Below are positions 1 through 13,680 of a stretch of 64,000 nucleotides of DNA, one piece after another. The position numbers and the translations under genes were made by a program. A model generated the notes under the pieces. That model was not told the DNA's origin and searched no databases. It saw only the letters and a list, made by a program, of their open reading frames with translations. Position 1 is the stretch's first letter. The number at the start of each line of letters is the position of its first letter. This DNA is from Geosiphon pyriformis uo1 (Eukaryota; Fungi; Glomeromycota), in assembly GCA_016748015.1 (NCBI GenBank), contig JAAOMT010000566.1:186001-250000 (forward strand). Direction: 5' to 3'.

Positions 1-1736
1 ATAGCATAGTAATAAATCTTAAAAAATAATAATTTACAAAAAAATAATATTAACAATAAGTATTATTTTATAATAACAACAAATATTATAGTATAATAGT
101 AATAAATCTTGTATTAAAATATCAAAAATAAAATATTATAATATGTTTTTTTAAAGAATTATAAACATATATATATAATAGTTTTAATATTAAGAAAATT
201 ATTTATATTATAATTAATAAAAACTTTATTGTAAAATTAAGAAAAATGCTAAAAAATTATTAATATTTTATGTTTTTAAATTAGAAAAACACTTTAAACA
301 ATTGTAAAAATAAATTCAAAAAATTTTTAATAATAAATAAATTTTAAATTAATTTTTAAGAAAAAATACATAAATATACAATAAATATACAATAAATAAA
401 AAAACTTCTTTCTTTTTTTCATCTCAAATTTCCAAAAAAAAGTCATAAAGTTTTTTTTATAATTCAGTATGATAAATCAAAACCATTTTTGTTTGATTAG
501 AAGACCACTGTTGTTCCTAATATTGCTATTATAAAGAAGACTATTAAAGATACTAGTTTAATAGATGGTTTCAAATCTGTGCTGTCAAGAAAAAAAAGGA
601 GAGATAATGTTTTAAATAATAATATTAAGACTAAAAAAGCTTTTGCTAAGAAATTAGATAGTCATTTTTAGGAGTCAAAAGCTAGCAATATTATTAAATT
701 TGATAGTGTTAATATAGAAAAAGAGTGTCTGATTGAAAAAACTATTTTTGACTATGGTAATAGAACCATTTTTAATGATAAAAATACCAACCAGATGCTA
801 AAGAGTTCACATATTAAAACCAAAAAGACTCTGGGGAAGTGACTGGAAAAAATTAATTTTTTAAGTAATAGCAATAATAATGATATTTTATTAGACACTT
901 CTCTAATTTTTTTTCTCTTTTTGAAAATTTTGGTTAATATTCTAGTTAGAAAATCATTTGCTCTAGATATTGGCTTGAATAAAGTGGTTGAGAAGTTTTT
1001 TCAAGAAAAGTTAGTAGTGGTCAGAAAACTATTTTTGAAAATCAATGGTTTTGGAAAGGAGTCTCTATTTCCTTAAAATTTGTTAAGATTATTAAAATAA
1101 CATTCACTTTTAAATCAAACTTGGTTCAAACTTCTAATATAACAAAAATGGCAAAAATCTTAGTAAATACCAATCTCAAAAAATTTGCTGGACATTCAAA
1201 TTAGGCTGTAATAATGAAAAAAATTCCAATTGAGATGTCAGCTAAGACTGTATATACTATACTATTTAAATTTGGAGTTATTAAGTTAATTAAAATACAA
1301 TTGGTGGAGCTGTAGCAAAAAACTGTAGTAAAATTTGAGTATTTAGATTATACTAATTTGGTTATGATTAAATAGTCTGTCTTAATTGAGAAAAATACTG
1401 TGTAAGTTATCAAAACAAATATGGACAAGAAAACATAGAACACAAAAGATTATTATAGAACACTATTTTATACTCTGTTAATAGAAATTAACACTCATAA
1501 CATATGAAATTTTATTGGTTTTGTTGGTAAAAAAACATGTGTTATTAATCATCATCCAGTTTTATATGTCCAAGCTAAATGTGCTATTGTTTGCTTCAAC
1601 TTTGCTGAATTATTGGATGCTATTATGAAAACTACACTAGTGCTTAGAAATACTAATCTGTGCTGATCACATCTGAATTTTGCCAAGTGTACTAAGTATA
1701 AGAAATTTGGTTATATGTTATTGGACTGTTCTATGA

Positions 1737-2627
1737 TGTTAGTCATAAAGAAAACATATAAAAAAAATAGTAGAAAAACAGATAGACCAATAGAAGAGTA
1801 ATAGTTAATATATAAGCACATTGCTCAGCAATGTGAAACAATATTAGAAATTACAGCACATTGCTCAGCAATGTGAAACAATATTAGAAATTACAGCACA
1901 TTGCTTAGCAATGTGGAACAATATTAGAAAATTAGGGCACATTGCTCAAGAAATTATAGCACATCATTCAGAAATGTGAGCGATCTTGTAAAACCTAAAT
2001 TATTTATATATAGCAAGAGCATTAAAAGCAGAAAAGACAGAGTAATTACAAAGATTTTTTTATTACCACATCTCTATTAGAATTATCAATATCAATAAAT
2101 AATTATTCACCATCTAAATTACTTTTCTCATTATCAACACTTTATGTTGATAATATTAAATACTTGATCACACTGGAACAATAGTTTTTAATTATAGCTA
2201 TTAATGGGATACTAACTTTATTGCCTTGGTTTATATTTTATTTCTTTAATTTTTATTTGTATTTTATTTTTATTGTTGTTTACTAATTGATTAAGGATTA
2301 AGTATTGAGTTATTAATGTCAAAGATAGCCTGATAAAAGACCTTAAAGGAAGGGTATAGCCATTAAAAAATTTACAGATAGCTTACCAGAAGAGCACAAC
2401 TGCCAGAATAAACTAGCCACTAAGCTGAAGAAAAAAATTTAACAGAATTACAATTTCGGGAGACTACTAATAAAACAACCATTAAATCTTTGTTTATTAT
2501 ACAAAAAACTCCAACTCAAAACCTTCAAATCACGAAAATCTTCAGATATTACCAACATAATCAACTATTGAGCACCAAATTATGGATTTGTTATTTGATT
2601 TAAGACCCCAAATAATTATTTGTAACA
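1737..2627 (+). mobile_element. Solo LTR, family C-related, inserted in L1 ORF1
   Basis: TGTTA...TAACA termini; 4-bp TSD ATGA (1733-1736)/ATGG (2628-2631); LINE ORF1 reading resumes on both sides; 3' half matches the LTRs at 4429 and 51019-51886. Confidence 0.9.
1815..1979. repeat. 40-bp tandem repeat (3 full + 2 partial copies) with palindromic core CACATTGCT-C-AGCAATGTG in LTR U3
   Basis: Units start at 1815, 1855 and 1895; the 9-bp inverted arms are read directly. Confidence 0.9.
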
Positions 2628-4428
2628 ATGGGTAAGAAAGCTTTTTCTGATAATTTATTTTATAAAACATTATCAAAAAAAGATAAAAGCAGACTGGCAT
2701 CTATCTATGCTAAATATTTAGTGCCAATTATCTATCCTGTTTTTTTTGGTAGTGTCTCTTAGGCCAAGATTGTTGGTGAGTTTTTTTTTCATATGAGATG
2801 GTTTAGTTGGTTTTGGTTTCTCTTCAGAAATAAAGTCTATTCTACTGGTATTTATGAAATTAAATAATAGATTTGCCACTTTTGAGTGCAGTTTTAATAG
2901 TCTTATACAACAAGTTATTAAGCTGGCTAAGAGGTTAAATGCACTTAAACCAATAGTTTTTTAATCTAGCTCTGGATGTTAGTTATTGGTAACTTTTTTA
3001 TTACAGAATCAAAAGGCAGATATAGTAATAAGTAAGAATTTAGATGTGGTCACTGGTATTAGGACTGTTGCAGAAGTAATAAGTATTAATTTTTCAGTTA
3101 TCTCTAAATTGGAAGTTACTTTAAACAATCTGTCAATTATAGTTATGAGTCTATCGGCCAAAGTAGACAATGCTATTTTGGTTCCTATTGCTTATTCTTC
3201 TTAATAATAGATCAGATGTAAAAATTTGTTACATGTAATGTTTGAAGTATTAATGTCTTTACAAAACAGGAAGACATTATTTGTTGGCACATATATTTAT
3301 GTAATATAATTTTTATTATTACTAAAATAAAATTGAGATTTAGCACTAGACTGTAGATTATGGATAAGTTTGATGAGGTAAAAATTTTCTTATCTGGCTT
3401 GGACAAGAAGTTTTTTGGTGTTGAAGTGGCAATTATTATGAATAATTCTCTTGTACATCACATTTCTAAGATTGAAAAAGTTTTTAGTTATCTTGTTTCA
3501 GTTTGGCTTTTCTTTAAGAGTAAGTTTTTGGTTACAATCTTGGGTCTATATGTTGACATGTCTATTAGTACACACTTTGGCCAAACTTTTAATGTTAATT
3601 CCATGATTTCTAAAGCTGTTAATTCAAGTTTGTTTATGGTTCTAGGTGGTAATTTCAATGAAAATAGCTTTAAAAGAAGTACAAATTTTAAAAAATGCCC
3701 AGACATAAGGCTGATTAATTCACTTAAGAGATTTTTTTTATCTAAAATGCCTACTTAGAATAACTTCAGAGTGTTAAGAAAATTATTGATTATATTTTTG
3801 TCAGTGAGAATTTGCTATCAACTGTAGTAATATACAAGGTCAGCTTTGTATCTGACTTTTTTAACACAAACCATAGAGCTGTCATAATTTTAGTAAGATT
3901 AAAAGATCTTTTAGATGTATATTTAAATAGTATATGCAAGCAAACCAATAGAGATTGCTGAAAGTTTAATATTAAAGATGCAAATAGTGTCAAATAGAAT
4001 AGTTTTAAGAAGAGTGTTTCTAATAAACTATTAACAGAAATAGATAGTTTTGTGAATGCAAAACCTTTTGGTAATTTAGATGCTATATGAAAAAAAGTAA
4101 GAAGAATGATAGTAAATTCAGCTAATGTTACTTTTTTTAAATTTTGGTTCAGTGAATTTGAACAGCCAAGAAGTAGATATTTATCAAAATTTTTTGGGTT
4201 GGAATTGCTGGTTGCCAAAATTGTTAAGAAATTAGAAGTGGGCAACAAGTCTAGATATAAACACCTTCTTAGAAAGTGGTAGGCAATTAACAGTAAAGAG
4301 ACTTTTAAAATTGATTTTATAGTTCAAAATAATATGACTTTAATAGAAATTATTAAACAATTGTCAATGATTAAAAAAAAAGTATAATAAGTTCAAGTAC
4401 TATAAATTAGAAGTAGCCAAAGACACAG

Positions 4429-5237
4429 TATTACTTATGAAATATAAAAAGTATATTAATATATAAATTAGCCAATCAGAAGTAGCCATAGTAAATATGG
4501 AATTCCAAGATTCTTTTCAAGAAGAATCACAGGATTCCAGAAATTTCAGAATTCTCTCAAAAAGAATTGCAGGATTCCAAGAATTCCAAAATTTCTGGTG
4601 TAAAGAATCAAAGAATTGAGGAATTTCAATTATGTATATATAATAGTAGCATTAGAAGAAAAAAAAACAGACTTCTCAGTTTAGATTTGATCTAAGCAAT
4701 CTTCCACATCACAAATATTAATAAATAATTATTTATTATCTCAAATCCACTTTTCATGTTAATAATAATCGATACTTAAACATACTGGAACAATAGCTCT
4801 TAATCATGGCTATTGACAGGATTCTAACTTGTAATTGTCTTGGCTTATTTCTTTATTTTCTTTTATTTTCTTTTATTTTCTTTGTTATTTTTTTTTGTTT
4901 TACTAATTGATTAAGGATTAAAAAGTGCTGAGTTATAGACATCATAGGGACTGGTAAAAGATCTATAAAACAAGGGTAAATAACTTATAGATTTAAGAAT
5001 AGCTTACCAGGAAAATTACTGGCCACCACACTGAGAAAAAAATTTGATGAAATTGCAATTCTGGAAGGTGACTGAAAAACAACTATTGAATCTCTGTTTA
5101 TTATACAAAGAATTCAACCAAAACCTTCAGATCACAAAAACCTTCAGACACAGTTAACTTTTAGAAACCAACATTATTATATCAATTGAGCACCAAGTTA
5201 TAAGTTTGTTATTTGTTTTGAGATTCCAAATATTATT
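4429..5237 (+). mobile_element. LTR (family C), 3' terminus removed by a deletion that also removed most of L1 ORF2
   Basis: Collinear with the reverse complement of 51019-51886 (TGTTAC>TATTAC start); ends just before the expected TGTAACA; the LINE resumes at its 3' WHPD region. Confidence 0.85.
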
Positions 5238-6528
5238 CAATGCATTAATTGGAATTGTACTGCCTTAGTTTGGCATCCAGATTTATCCATATTGGCTGAG
5301 TTTATTAGTAAAAAGTCAGCCATTCTGCATATATATTTGATGAAAACCATCCACAAGAAGTTGCTGGTAGCTGTTCACAAGAAATTTTATGACAAAAATT
5401 ATTCAAACATTCTGTGCTTAATGTGTAGTAATGTTAAATTGCCTAATTATGTTTTCACTTGTTCAAAAAATGTCTCTGTGCACTCTGATATTATTTTGGG
5501 TCATGTTAAAATGTGAAAGTTTTTGATAGAAAAAAGCTTTTCATCATTATTTTTAATGCTGTGGACTTTTATTTTAAATGCCTTGGATGTTAGCATTTAT
5601 ACAGTCTTGTGCAAAGATTTTGTTTTTAAAGAATGAGTGAAAAAAATAGTATTGTATTTTAAAAATAGAAAAAAGACTCTTTTAATAGTAGTCAATTTCA
5701 TTTACTATTTGATTAATAAGCATCACAGTAAGTTGTAATTATTAAAGTTTAAATTTAAAATGTTCATGAAAAAGAGTGATTTAGTTTGTAATATAAAAGT
5801 GGTATCTGGTTTGTTATGTGATTTATCTAGTTTGCTATCTAAGGAGATGGTTTATCTGTTTGGTATTATTAAGTTTTTTGTGGTTAGTTTTGGTTTGTAT
5901 AAGCCATGTTTGTTTTTTTCTGATTTGGACAATAGTGCAAAGATTTTAATAGATATGTAATGCTGTTTTGATTGGTTTAAGTGACCAGTTATATATAGAA
6001 AACACATAAGTTATGTTTAATTTGATTTACTTATTTTGTTTCTGTATACTAAATAGTAATTGGATTGCATTTGTAAAATAATAATAATAATAAAAAAATA
6101 TATATACAATAATAATCAAAATTTAAAAAAAGCTTATATTATAATATTAACAAAAAATTTTTAATATAATATTAATATTATTATACAATTAAAATTAAGA
6201 AATTTATAAAAAACTAATTATAGTTAAAAATAAAAGTATTAACAATTAATATATTAAAAAACATTTTTATAATACTATTTAAATTTATTTTTATTTATTA
6301 TAATTTAGTAATTAAGTTAATTATTAAAAAAACAATATTGTTAAACTTATTAAATATATTAATATTGTATTTAGTTAATATTAATTAATACAAAATTTTT
6401 TTTTTTAATTATTTAATGAGCGAGATCCAAACACTACCTAGAACTATACATCAAAGAAATAATCTAAACTAGGCATGAATCATGCATTTTCTACATGTGA
6501 CCAGCCACTCAAACCAGTCAGGACAACA

Positions 6529-9500
6529 CTATGCAATTATATTAATTGTAACTGAGTCACCAATACCTGAAAAAAAAGAGCAAGATTTGTGAAAGCCAAA
6601 ACGAATGCCAAAAGCTTCAGTAATACTAAGCAGTTTAACCACACCATTCGAGAATCTTGAAGCCAAACCAGAAACTGAGACAAGAACCGAGCCATCCACT
6701 GGGATCAGGCTATTCTTTTCTATGCTTAGCACAGACCAACCAAATGTCATTCCTGAAAGCAATACAAATAGAGCATACGAAATCAGCAATTTTAATACCA
6801 GCAACTCTGGGATTATGGAAGATAGAAACAGTCTCCTGAAGCCATCCTTTGAAAACAAAACTCTTACAAAGGGCCAAGAACACCAAGAAATCCAAAGCAC
6901 AGGTCAACAGCATCTGTAAAATGCTTGAAAAAGGGAGAAAGAGACCAGAAAGCACCTTCTAAGAAGACATACAGGATTCCAAAATCTGATGATGAGCCAC
7001 ATCATCAATCATACAAGAAAACACATGATCAGACACTTCCACCTCACCACAATACAGACACAAAACACTAAGATAACATTTATCATAAATGCGCTTTCAA
7101 ACAGCAATAAGAAGCCAATAATGCAAAGCTTTCATAAGATAAGTATAAATATTAGCAGTGCATCTGCTGGTGAAACCAGTTGCCATATGCAAATCTGGGT
7201 GCCAAACCCTAAAAAAGATAAGCCAATCGACATCTGAGTGCAAATCACTAGCTAGAAATCTAGAACCAGAACTGACTTCTCAGCACGCCTGACAGACAGC
7301 ACAAAAAACATCTTGAACAAAGTGCCTAGAATTATCAGAAACAATACTACCATCCACCAACAAAAACCATTTAGCAATACGAGGAGGGAGAAACCAATCA
7401 GAGAGAGCTGCAGTGTCAGCAATGCTATCAGTGCAATCATTTTCCAACACACTAGAGTGGCCTTTGACCTTGTGCCAGCTAACCCTCAAATTTTTTTTGC
7501 GGATAATATTCCTAATATGTCAGTGCTCAACCCAACACCGATTGCAAAAGTCAGGATACACCAAGTTAACCTCCGACTTGCAAGCATTCAAAGCTGCCTG
7601 GCTATCCGAAAACAGGCAAACAGAACAATCCACAGATATGCACTCCAGAGCCAATACTATAGCCTGCAACTCCACCAAAGTAGATGATATCAAACCCTGA
7701 ACACAGACACCCAAACCCAAGTTAACGTTCTCAAAAAAGGCAGCAGTTCCGGCCCTACAACTAATTATGCCCAAATTTTTTACCGACCCATCCATATATA
7801 CAGACAAACTATCAGTGTCAACCCAAGAAAGACAATCACATACAGACACAAAATTATCAGAACCACAAATGTCCACAGGGCCAACACTACTTAAAGCCAA
7901 AGGAGAGGGAGGCACACCACTGAAAAATACAACAGAGCACCCAAACCACTCAGAAATTGGGCCACGAGGATCCAGTTTCTTCCACCACTTAAAGGTGTAC
8001 CAATCGAAGATATCCCTATGACAATCCCAAAGCTGATCCACAAAGGCAATGCCATAATGCCAGAGAGAAAGCAAGTATTTGAAAAACAAGAATTCGCCCA
8101 GAACAGCAGATATAGACACCCCATCACGAAACCGAAAAGAGCTGACCAAAGAGCCATCTAAAGACAAATTGCATTCAAGAAGAATGCATATCAAACCTGA
8201 CAAGAAATTATTGGAAACACAGATCTGAATACAAGCTGGTGAACTCAATAGATGAATGAGGTGCCAACACAGAACCTGCAAGTCATGAGACCTGTGACTA
8301 AATAATTGACCCAGAACTTCGCAAGAGTTTGCAAAACTAATAAGTGAAGCAACTTTGCTTTCAGACTGACATTGTGAAAAAGACTTCAAACCATAAAAGA
8401 AAGGATGATGAATCGTGTTACTAGGAAAATTGAGAGAAAAACCAGATTTAAGTTTCAAACTTTTGCGAATTAGAGCATCCCACTTGTCGCACACACTAAC
8501 AGGAACAAAGCTGAACTGCATCCTGTAGCTGACTATAGGCTGAAAAACTGCCGACACCAGATACAAGAACTGCTTATCTAAAACCACTTTCTTTAAAACC
8601 AAATTACTGAAAAAATGAACGTCCAAATGCACTTTAGCCAAACTAAACTTAGAAAGACCATCAGTTAAGAGAAAGATACCAAAATACTGATGAGATTTGT
8701 CTTTTTTGGCTATGGAAATGGGTGAACCACTAATAAAAAGAGACAGATTGCTGATCTTGTTATTAATAGGAATGGCCACAGTTTTGTCATTAATCCGAAA
8801 AAATTTACTAGCAACATTGAGAATATGTTAAGTAGCAGCCTGACTGCTGCCAACCCAAATTGTGTCATTAACAAAGGCCTCAGCAGCAAAAAAAGTAGAA
8901 AACTCAGTCTGAGATTCAGCACAACCACTCCAAGAGATAAAATGGGAATTGAGTCTATATCTGTACACACTCTCCTGATGCTTGACTTCACACAAAAGAG
9001 GATCATAAAATATGCACCAAAAAAGGGAGGAAAAAACTTCTCCTTGGTCCAACTTATCATGTACACTATAACCATCAGTTAAACTGAAATCTGTTATAAC
9101 CTGATTGGTCTGATTCCTATGAATATTACCGAAAAAGCAAATAAATTCACCACACATTTTGATCCTGACCAAACACTTCTCGAGATGCTCCCACCCAACA
9201 GAGTTATACACCTTTCGCATGTCCTACAATACCAGCCAGAGCTCTCTGTTCTTCTCCAAAGCATTCTCAACAACCAAACCAATAGCAAAAATAGGAGTTT
9301 GGGTAGTTGTACCCTTCAAAACTGAAAAATTATCCTCACAAAGAATGTCATGAGCACTGCACACCAGCATTATCTTGTCAGAGAGAATCTTGGAGAGGAT
9401 CTTCCAAGTTATCTCAATCAAGGTTATAGGTCGGGTATTTGTGAAGACACCTTTCCACTCGTATGGTTTAAGGATCATCGAAACCCAAGCTTCCCTTCAA

Positions 9501-11178
9501 GGACCAGGCACAAACTCATGAGACAGACAAGAACTCAGAAGCATCAAGAGCATATCCAGAACCAACCTATCATTATGCATTCACAGCTCATTTGAAATAC
9601 CCGAAAGACCAGCAATCTTGCTAATAGACAGATCAGAAACCACGCCAAACAATTCCAAAAACTCAATTGACTGCATTACACTAGAAAAAGCCTCATTAAA
9701 AACATAATCCAATGGCCAATACTGATGGTGCCATACATCAGAGACATCGGGAACCACTCTATGCTTTCTAGTCTATCCTTCCATGATTTCATCCACTTTG
9801 ATTTCACAGAACCAGGTTCTAAAATCAGCTCATTGTCCACAACTAAGTGATCTAAAATGACTTTATAAAAAGGACGCTTCAGAACATTCTGAATAGTGTA
9901 ACCCTTGTTTAGCTTGAAACTTTCCATCTTCTTATTGATTGCCGATTTAACATGAGATTCTTCTACTCGCTTCGATTCCGCCATTTTAAGTGAGCAATAG
10001 GTTTTTTTGACCTTGGAAAGAGCTGACTGAACAGTATTAAGAGAAGAGCCAGAGAGAAAAAGAGATCTGACCACAGAGGCATTGTCAACATTAAGAGAAC
10101 TCCAGACATCCAACAGTGAAATGAATTCATCACAACAAATTGACCGAAAAGCTTTAACCAGCTTCGATATCAAAAGTTCTAACTTATGAAATTTGGATGA
10201 TTCTCTAGTGAAGACACCATCAAAGTTCTTAAACCATTTCTTCTTAAACATCTCATCAGCTGAAAAAACTATTATCTTGTGAACAATGTTCCACATCATA
10301 TCCAAATCTGAGAATCGCTGAAAGGCAATAAAATCATCAGAGAACATGGTGGCATTAACAGCCATAGCACCCTTGAACTTGTTCCATTTTATATTATCAG
10401 CATTCTTAAAATTAAACTTCTAACAATCTTTATTCGCCTGTTTGCAAAGAGAGTTCAACTGCACGTCCAATAACCCACCCAAACTCAAAGACACAGAAAC
10501 AGCCTGATGGTCTATTTCGAAATGCTCACCAACATCTGAGACACTGCGGTATACTATCGCATTAACCAAAGTTGAAGAAACCATCACATAGTCAATCATT
10601 TTCCTAACACCCTTAAAGTTTGTCCAAGTGGGCAATTTCACAGCCGGGCTTCCAGCCAAAGAATTTGCCAAACCCAAATCAAGGCACTTCCTAAAACTTG
10701 TACACTTATGAGAACCATCTTTATTGAAATCGCCACTAAGAACAATGAAAGAAGATTCATTGACAGTCTTTGCAATGAGAGAGTTGACTTCACCAGCCTG
10801 AGAGAACCGAACTGCCAGAAAAGCACCAGCATAAAGCCCCAGAATCAACACAGAAAGTTTATCTTTGAAAAGTAATTTAACAGACAGGAACCGACTAGGC
10901 ACCTCAGAAATCTTGCACACATGACAAGTCAAAGAAACATCCATGATAACAGCAACATCCGCATCCAAGTGACCAAAGTCTAAACCAGAAGTGAACACTC
11001 GGACACTATCAAACTTATCTGCAATCCATGGACAAATCTTACCTTTTAATTTTGTTTCAGTAATAATAGAGACCAAATTGTTTATTTTTTTATGCCATCT
11101 AATAATATCCTTCTGCTTAAAAGGATTGTTCATGCCCTTGACATTGCACATAGCAAATTTCCAGACCAAACTGCTCAT
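6529..11178 (-). pseudogene. L2 ORF2: AP endonuclease - reverse transcriptase - RNase H - CCHC; several stops and frameshifts
   Basis: CNVKG, TETKL, SGDFN, IDY, DH (APE); RPITLIE, RKVYNSVGW, LDQGEVFS, AFVNDT (RT); VYMDGS, ELQAI, SDSQ, WHKVKGH (RNase H); CLYC..HVFSC. Confidence 0.92.
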
Positions 11179-12900
11179 TGAATGAGGGATAGGAACACCA
11201 AACGTGCACCTATACTATCCACTTTGGCCAAAAGACCCAGAACCGTTTTTATTAAACACTTCATGCTGTCTTCCAGCTTAGACACTGAAGACATATCAAA
11301 AAACACTGCTCCCACAACAGTTCCACTACTAGTGGACACATCCAAGCCCTCACTCATTACTACATCTGCCCTTTAATCTTGTGATGAAGAGGTCATCAAT
11401 GGCTAACATCCAGGGCTAGGCTGGGGAACCATTGGTCCGAGTGTATCCAACCTCTTAACCAACTTACTAACTTGCTCTGCGAGACTGGCAAGACTGTGCT
11501 CTAGAGCGGCGAACCTATTGTTAACCTCCATCGTAACCAGTAAGGATGGCTTCATCTCCAAAGAGGAGCTATCATTCACCAAAACATTCTGACTAGAGAG
11601 AGGGGGAAAAAAAGACCTGCGAGCAACTTTTGCCCAAGATAGACCACCAAAAGAGACCGGACAAGCAACTGGAGCCGAGTGTTTGGCATAGATGGCTGCC
11701 AGTCTGCTTTTATCTGTGTTCGAGAAAGCCCTACACGACAAATTACCAGAAGAAAATTTCCCACCAACTACACAACCCAATGACATATGACCCAACTTCT
11801 CACACTTGGTGTATTTAGTAGAAATGAGGCAAAACCAGCAGAGATTGGCATTTTTAAGTACTGGCGTGGTTCTCACAGCAGCATTCAATAATTCAGCAGA
11901 GTCGAAGCAAACAACAGCACACCTGGTCTGAGCATACATAACAGAATAACAATCAATGATACATGTTTTCCCACACACAGATCTAACAAAGTTCCAGATA
12001 TCATGAGCATTAGTCCCCATTGGCAATGTGTAGAGCAGTGCCCTATGTCAATCCCTTGCATTCCATGTCTCTTTGTCTGAATTAGCCCTAGTCATGCATA
12101 CAGCATCTTTCCTGATCAGAATAGACCATTCAGCTGCAACCAAATTAGCCTGATCTGATTGCTCGAAATCTACTACTGTCTTCTGCCACAGCCCAATTAA
12201 TTGCATCTTGATTGCCTTAACAACTCCAAACTCAGATAGCGCAGTGTGCACAGCCTCAGCTGATGTTCCAATCAGAATTTCTTTTATGACCACAGCCCAA
12301 TCTGACCACCCAGAAGATTTTTTGAGATCAGTGTTTACTAGAATTTTTACACCTGCAGCCTTATCAGTAGCTTTCATTAGACTCAATTCGGAAGTGAACA
12401 TTGCTCTGATGATCCCTGAGAATTTTAAGGGGGTAGATGCCTCCTCAAAACCATTGATTCCAGAAAATAATTTTCTCACCACCACAAGCTTTTCCTGAGA
12501 AAATTTGCCAGCCACCTTATCCAAGCCAATATCCAATGCGAATGACTTCCTGACTAGAACATTGACCAAGTTTTTCATAGAAGGGGGGAGCTCAAGAGAA
12601 GCATCCAAGAAAACACCATTATTATCACTATCTTTTGAGAAATCAATCTTTCCCAACGGCTTGTCTAATGCCTTCTTGGTTTTAACTTTTGAACTCGTGG
12701 GTGTTTGATTATGATCCCCACCAGCCAGAGCACCATCTTTACCATAATCAAAGCTGGTTTCCTCCACCAGACACTTCTTTTCCATATCAACACTCTCAGA
12801 CTCAGTAGTGTTCCCAGTCTCTGAACTCCATGAACAAACACCAGAAGCTTCAACAGCAACCCTTTTATTAACAACACCCTTTGTCAACACACTTCTCTTC
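11175..12900 (-). pseudogene. L2 ORF1 (Gag-like RNA-binding protein, RRM-like segments, CCHC knuckle, coiled coil)
   Basis: ORFs 12048-12890, 11403-12026 and 11175-11357; KCEKLGHMSLGC knuckle; stop overlaps the ORF2 ATG (ATGA). Confidence 0.85.
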
Positions 12901-13399
12901 CTCTTTTTTGGGAATTTTGGATGAAGAAGAGAAAAAAGTTTTTTTCTTTACACAAAATTATAAAGTTTTTTTTTGTTTATTTTAAATAAATTTATTATTT
13001 TATTAATTAAATTATATAAATTAGTTAAATAAATTTTATTTTAAATTAAATTGGTTTTTTTTGGTTATTTTTTTAATACAACTTTATAATTTTGGATTAA
13101 AAAGTTTGTAATATATATTTTTTGTTTTTAGTAAACTTTTTTTGCTTAATTAAAAAATTTAATTTTAATTATTTTTTTTGATTAACTATTATATTAATTT
13201 AATTTTTTGATTAAATATTAAATTAATTAATTTTTAATTTTTGTAATACTCAATTATTAATAAAAATTTTTAAATTTAATAATTATTATATATTTTTAAT
13301 TTAGCTTATTAATTACTTTAATTTATATTATTATTATTATTATTATTTTTAAATTAATTAAGATATTATTAATCAAAAAAATTTGCTACTTTTGTTTTA

Positions 13400-13680
13400 A
13401 ATATTTCAAACAATTAAATAATTTTGTTAGGATAATAGTTTTTTGAAAAATATTAAACTTTTAATATCAAATTAAATATGAATAAAACTGTTATATAATT
13501 AAATAGTTTGGTTTTTAATAATAATAATTTATTATTTTAAATAAGTTTGCTTTTGTAAATTTAGCTTAATTTAATTTAAACTGGTTTGAATAACTAGTTA
13601 TATATAAAAAATACATAAATATATAATATAATTAATAATTAGAATATATTTTATTAAAATAATAATAATAATAAATTTAA
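13400..13680 (+). mobile_element. Ghost 3' end of the same LINE family, almost fully converted to A/T
   Basis: ctggtttgaataactagttatatataaaaaatacata (13581) aligns with the family 3'UTR ctggtttgagtggctggtcacatgtagaaaatgcatg by transitions only. Confidence 0.6.

Larger units (their letters stand above)
400..6098 (+). mobile_element. LINE copy L1 (APE-RT-RNase H family), heavily decayed; interrupted by two LTRs and missing most of ORF2 (RT/RNase H deleted)
   Basis: Residual ORF1 similarity to L2 (e.g. DKSRLASIYAK ~2680), endonuclease fragment 3360-3758 (VLGGNFN), 3' Zn-knuckle region (CLMC..NYVFTC, 5292-5516), family C-terminus ending at 5960, family 3'UTR and A-rich tail ~6075-6098. Confidence 0.85.
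6396..12949 (-). mobile_element. LINE copy L2, near full length, least decayed
   Basis: ORF1 + ORF2 fragments, 3'UTR, poly(A) seen as T-run 6396-6406; weak possible TSD ATACAAAATT/ACACAAAATT. Confidence 0.93.

Noticed and set aside
1815-1979. CRISPR array (palindromic repeats at regular spacing)
   Set aside because: Intervening sequences are identical rather than unique spacers; the array lies inside an LTR; no cas genes; eukaryotic context
6605-12708. Plus-strand ORFs over L2, and similar antisense ORFs over other TEs
   Set aside because: Shadow frames of TE coding sequence, with no motifs and no conservation between copies
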